A stretch of DNA of 64,000 nt. Origin: Squalus acanthias (Eukaryota). Location: the NCBI GenBank assembly GCA_030390025.1, contig CM059431.1, forward strand, positions 122,452,001 to 122,516,000, written 5' to 3'. A model generated the notes under the pieces. The model worked only from the letters and a program-made list of their open reading frames with translations. It ran no database searches and was not told where the DNA came from. Position numbers and translations under genes: made by a program. Positions 61,275 through 64,000 of this stretch are shown here, in pieces (position 1 is the first letter of the stretch; each line of letters starts with the position of its first letter).

Positions 61275-62390
61275 GGTCAATTTTAATCTCGCTAATGCCG
61301 CATTTACACCTAAAATTGGAGCAGTAGTGGGACTAAAATCTTGTGGAGAACTGAACTGACAACTTACTGTTGGTTGCTGGCCCATTTCGAATTTTGACCA
61401 GACCTCGATTTAGGCAGACGGCATTCCTGCCGAAAATAGGTAGAGGCCTAATGAATATAAGCAAATTAGAGTCAGATGATATTGTCAAGACCTCAGACGG
61501 TTGTTTTCACCTCTGCCTGCATTGCTATCACTAATTCCTCAATCTGCCTACAAACCATGGATCGGGAAGTGGCCACTTACCACTTGTATTTAAAGGGACC
61601 CTCAGCTGCTCTCAGCTAAAATGCTGGAAAGTTTTCAGACATTTTGCTTCTATTACATGATGTTGTTTTTGTTGCTTGGACTACTTCAAAGGGCTTGTAG
61701 TGGTTGTACAGCAGTCTGAACATTAGGGGCTTCCGGCAATGTACTTTTATCTTTATGGGGGTCCATCTGGTAATTCTACTCTTGCAAGAGGAAAAGGGGG
61801 GATGAGCAACAGCAGATGGAAAGAGTGAACAGAATTGCAGCTGCAGGGAGATGAGCTCACAACAAATTGTATCGACCAAGGACAACATACCCGTTGCAGT
61901 CAGGGTCACTGCAGCCCTGAAGTTCTTTGCCTCCAGCTCTTTCCATGCTGGCAGATGGGGATACCAGTCACATTAATCATTCAACAGTTCATGATTGCAT
62001 TAAGCAGGTGGTTGATGCTGTGTTTGCTAGAGCAAACACTTTTATCACTTTTCCCATGGATAGCCAGAAATAGCAGGATAGAGCTCTGGGGAATGACATA
62101 GATTGTAGGTTTCTCCCAAGTCCGGGGCCTCTTTGACAGCACCCATAAAGCCCTGTGTGTTTCTTCAGATCACCCCACTTGCCATCATTATTTGTAAAGG
62201 CTTCCACTCCATTAATGTGCAATGTGTGTGATCAACAGCAGCGCATCATGCTTTCCTGGCAACTGCCATGATGCTTTTATATTACACCAAGGCTCCATCT
62301 CCCCCACTCCTTGTCCACGCACAGCAAGTGAGAGGTTGGCTGCTTGGGAACAAGGGCTTTCCTCTGCATACTTGGCTCATAACTTCCCCC
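61275..62390 (+). pseudogene. Old Harbinger H13 terminus and degenerate transposase
   Basis: VAVRVTAALKFFA; FPGNCHDAFIL; GWLLG..KG. Confidence 0.75.
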
Positions 62391-62800
62391 ATCTTAGAAA
62401 GGACATTTTCATTCTGGAGAAGGTGCATAAAGTGGCAACAAGGATGATCCACAGTGTGAGATCATTGAGCTATGAACATTAAGTGGATACCTTGAGTTTT
62501 TATTCGCTGAAAGATAATAGCAGAGCATCTCTGATCCAGCATTTAAGGTGATTAAAGACATGGACAGCAGGCAAGTAGATAATGTTTGAGGTGAGAGGAT
62601 CAGGTGGAACTTGAAGCCCCATATTTAAATTGAGGAAGCCAGGAGTGAGATTGGATGCCTAGAAGTTTTAGTTTTACCAAAGGGCAGTCAATCTATGGAA
62701 AAGGATACTAGAGAAGGAAATGAATTCTGATTCTTTACAGTCCTTCAAGATATCATTAGGTGTATTTCTGTAAAACAAGATGATCATGGCATACAGATTT
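62390..62800 (+). mobile_element. Old CR1 3' fragment
   Basis: PHLRKDIFILEKVHKVATRMI..LSYE. Confidence 0.75.
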
Positions 62801-63445
62801 TAGGAATAAATTATTTTGGAAAATAATTTAACAAATTTATGTATTTTGCAAATAGCAGAAAGGAAGTTGCTTACTGGAAGGATTGATTATGTCTCTCATC
62901 CAGGAAATTGGAAATCATCAGAGATGGAACTATTGAAAGTCTAAATGTTGAATGCACACTATCATATGGGTCACAAAATACAGCAACAATCCCTTTAAAC
63001 TGTAAATAATGTCCTCTGAATTACTAATGAACCTTGCTAAAAAATGTAATATTGCTGAATGAAAGCACATTGACGTCATTAGTCAAAAGTTCTGCCAGCA
63101 ATGAGAATGTAAAAGATGTGTCATTAAATAATATCTAATTTCCACACTCTATGTAGTCTTGTCAACAGTTTCTGATTTAATGCAGGCTCTGAGTATTTTA
63201 TAATACCGTCTTAAACACAACATTTTCTGGAACTGCCTCTCATTATGGTAATGACAACTTGATATGCAGATTTAGAAGCATGATGAGCTGACATATTAAG
63301 GCATATAGAACATTGTAAAAGTGACTGGCCTTAAGGAATATTATTGCACTGTCAATACCGAATTTCTTGAGGAAAAAGATTATTTTTAGTGCCCAAATGG
63401 GTAGACTAGTTGGTTAACCACTGGACTGGAGTTTGAGTGGACCTT

Positions 63446-64000
63446 GGGTTGAAATCTTGGGCCAAGTTACAGGAGTGAGGCATCTCACAGCGTGATCTGT
63501 TAGTTAGACATTTTCGTACAAGTTTAGGATTTTAAAATTTTCGCACACAAAGTTACTTACTGCAAGTGTGAGTGAGGGCAACAGGGCATCTGGGATCTTG
63601 GTGAACAATGGGACAAACAGTGTATTTCCTTAACCAATGAGATTTAAGGATTGAGAAGTAAACAGAGGAAGGACTGAGAGTAGGGTGAATTAGAATGGGC
63701 GAATTCAATGTTAAAGCTGGTCCGAAAGAGAAATAAAGAGAGGGAAAGAAAGATTGGATTAAGAGAGAGAAAAAAAAGAGACAGAAAGGAAAAGTAAGAA
63801 AAATTTTAAAAATTAAAATTTGACAATTTAAAATCTCCAACACTTCACTACCTGAAGGAATGAGACTCCACATTTATAATTGCTCACTTTCTGGGCAAGA
63901 GAGATTGATTAGCAATCATTAACAATTAGCACAGTGTTAAAAGTATACTTACGTTAATAATTACTAGACTTAACTTTCTGTCACGAGTTTAATGGGCAAT
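63446..64000. mobile_element. Probable MITE running off the window end
   Basis: GGGTTGAAATC start, CCAAT motif, AT-rich core like the other MITEs; second end not visible. Confidence 0.4.

Overview
This is a vertebrate nuclear region made almost entirely of repeats, most likely from a cartilaginous fish. That call rests on V-SINE/HE1-like and Deu-domain SINEs, CR1 LINEs and Penelope-like repeats. I could not confidently identify any host protein-coding gene. The window is dominated by PIF/Harbinger DNA transposons: about a dozen copies or remnants of a two-gene element (intronless HARBI1-like DDE transposase convergent with a 3-exon Myb/SANT-like gene) and about a dozen Harbinger-type MITEs with G-rich TIRs and 3-bp TSDs, often nested. 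One copy (44372-48574) has an intact transposase ORF and a Myb gene broken only by a G9 run. Also present are three solo LTRs (all inside CR1 3' ends), Penelope-like elements with GIY-YIG and minimal hammerhead motifs, SINEs and one hAT MITE. The most interesting signals are: discordant central bases in the TSDs of a young MITE family; MITEs built like promoter plus splice-donor cassettes; a conserved intron-1 motif and a conserved C-terminal AT-hook/RRSxR module in the Myb partner; and a Myb-only element. Everything was read by eye, so boundaries of degraded elements are approximate.
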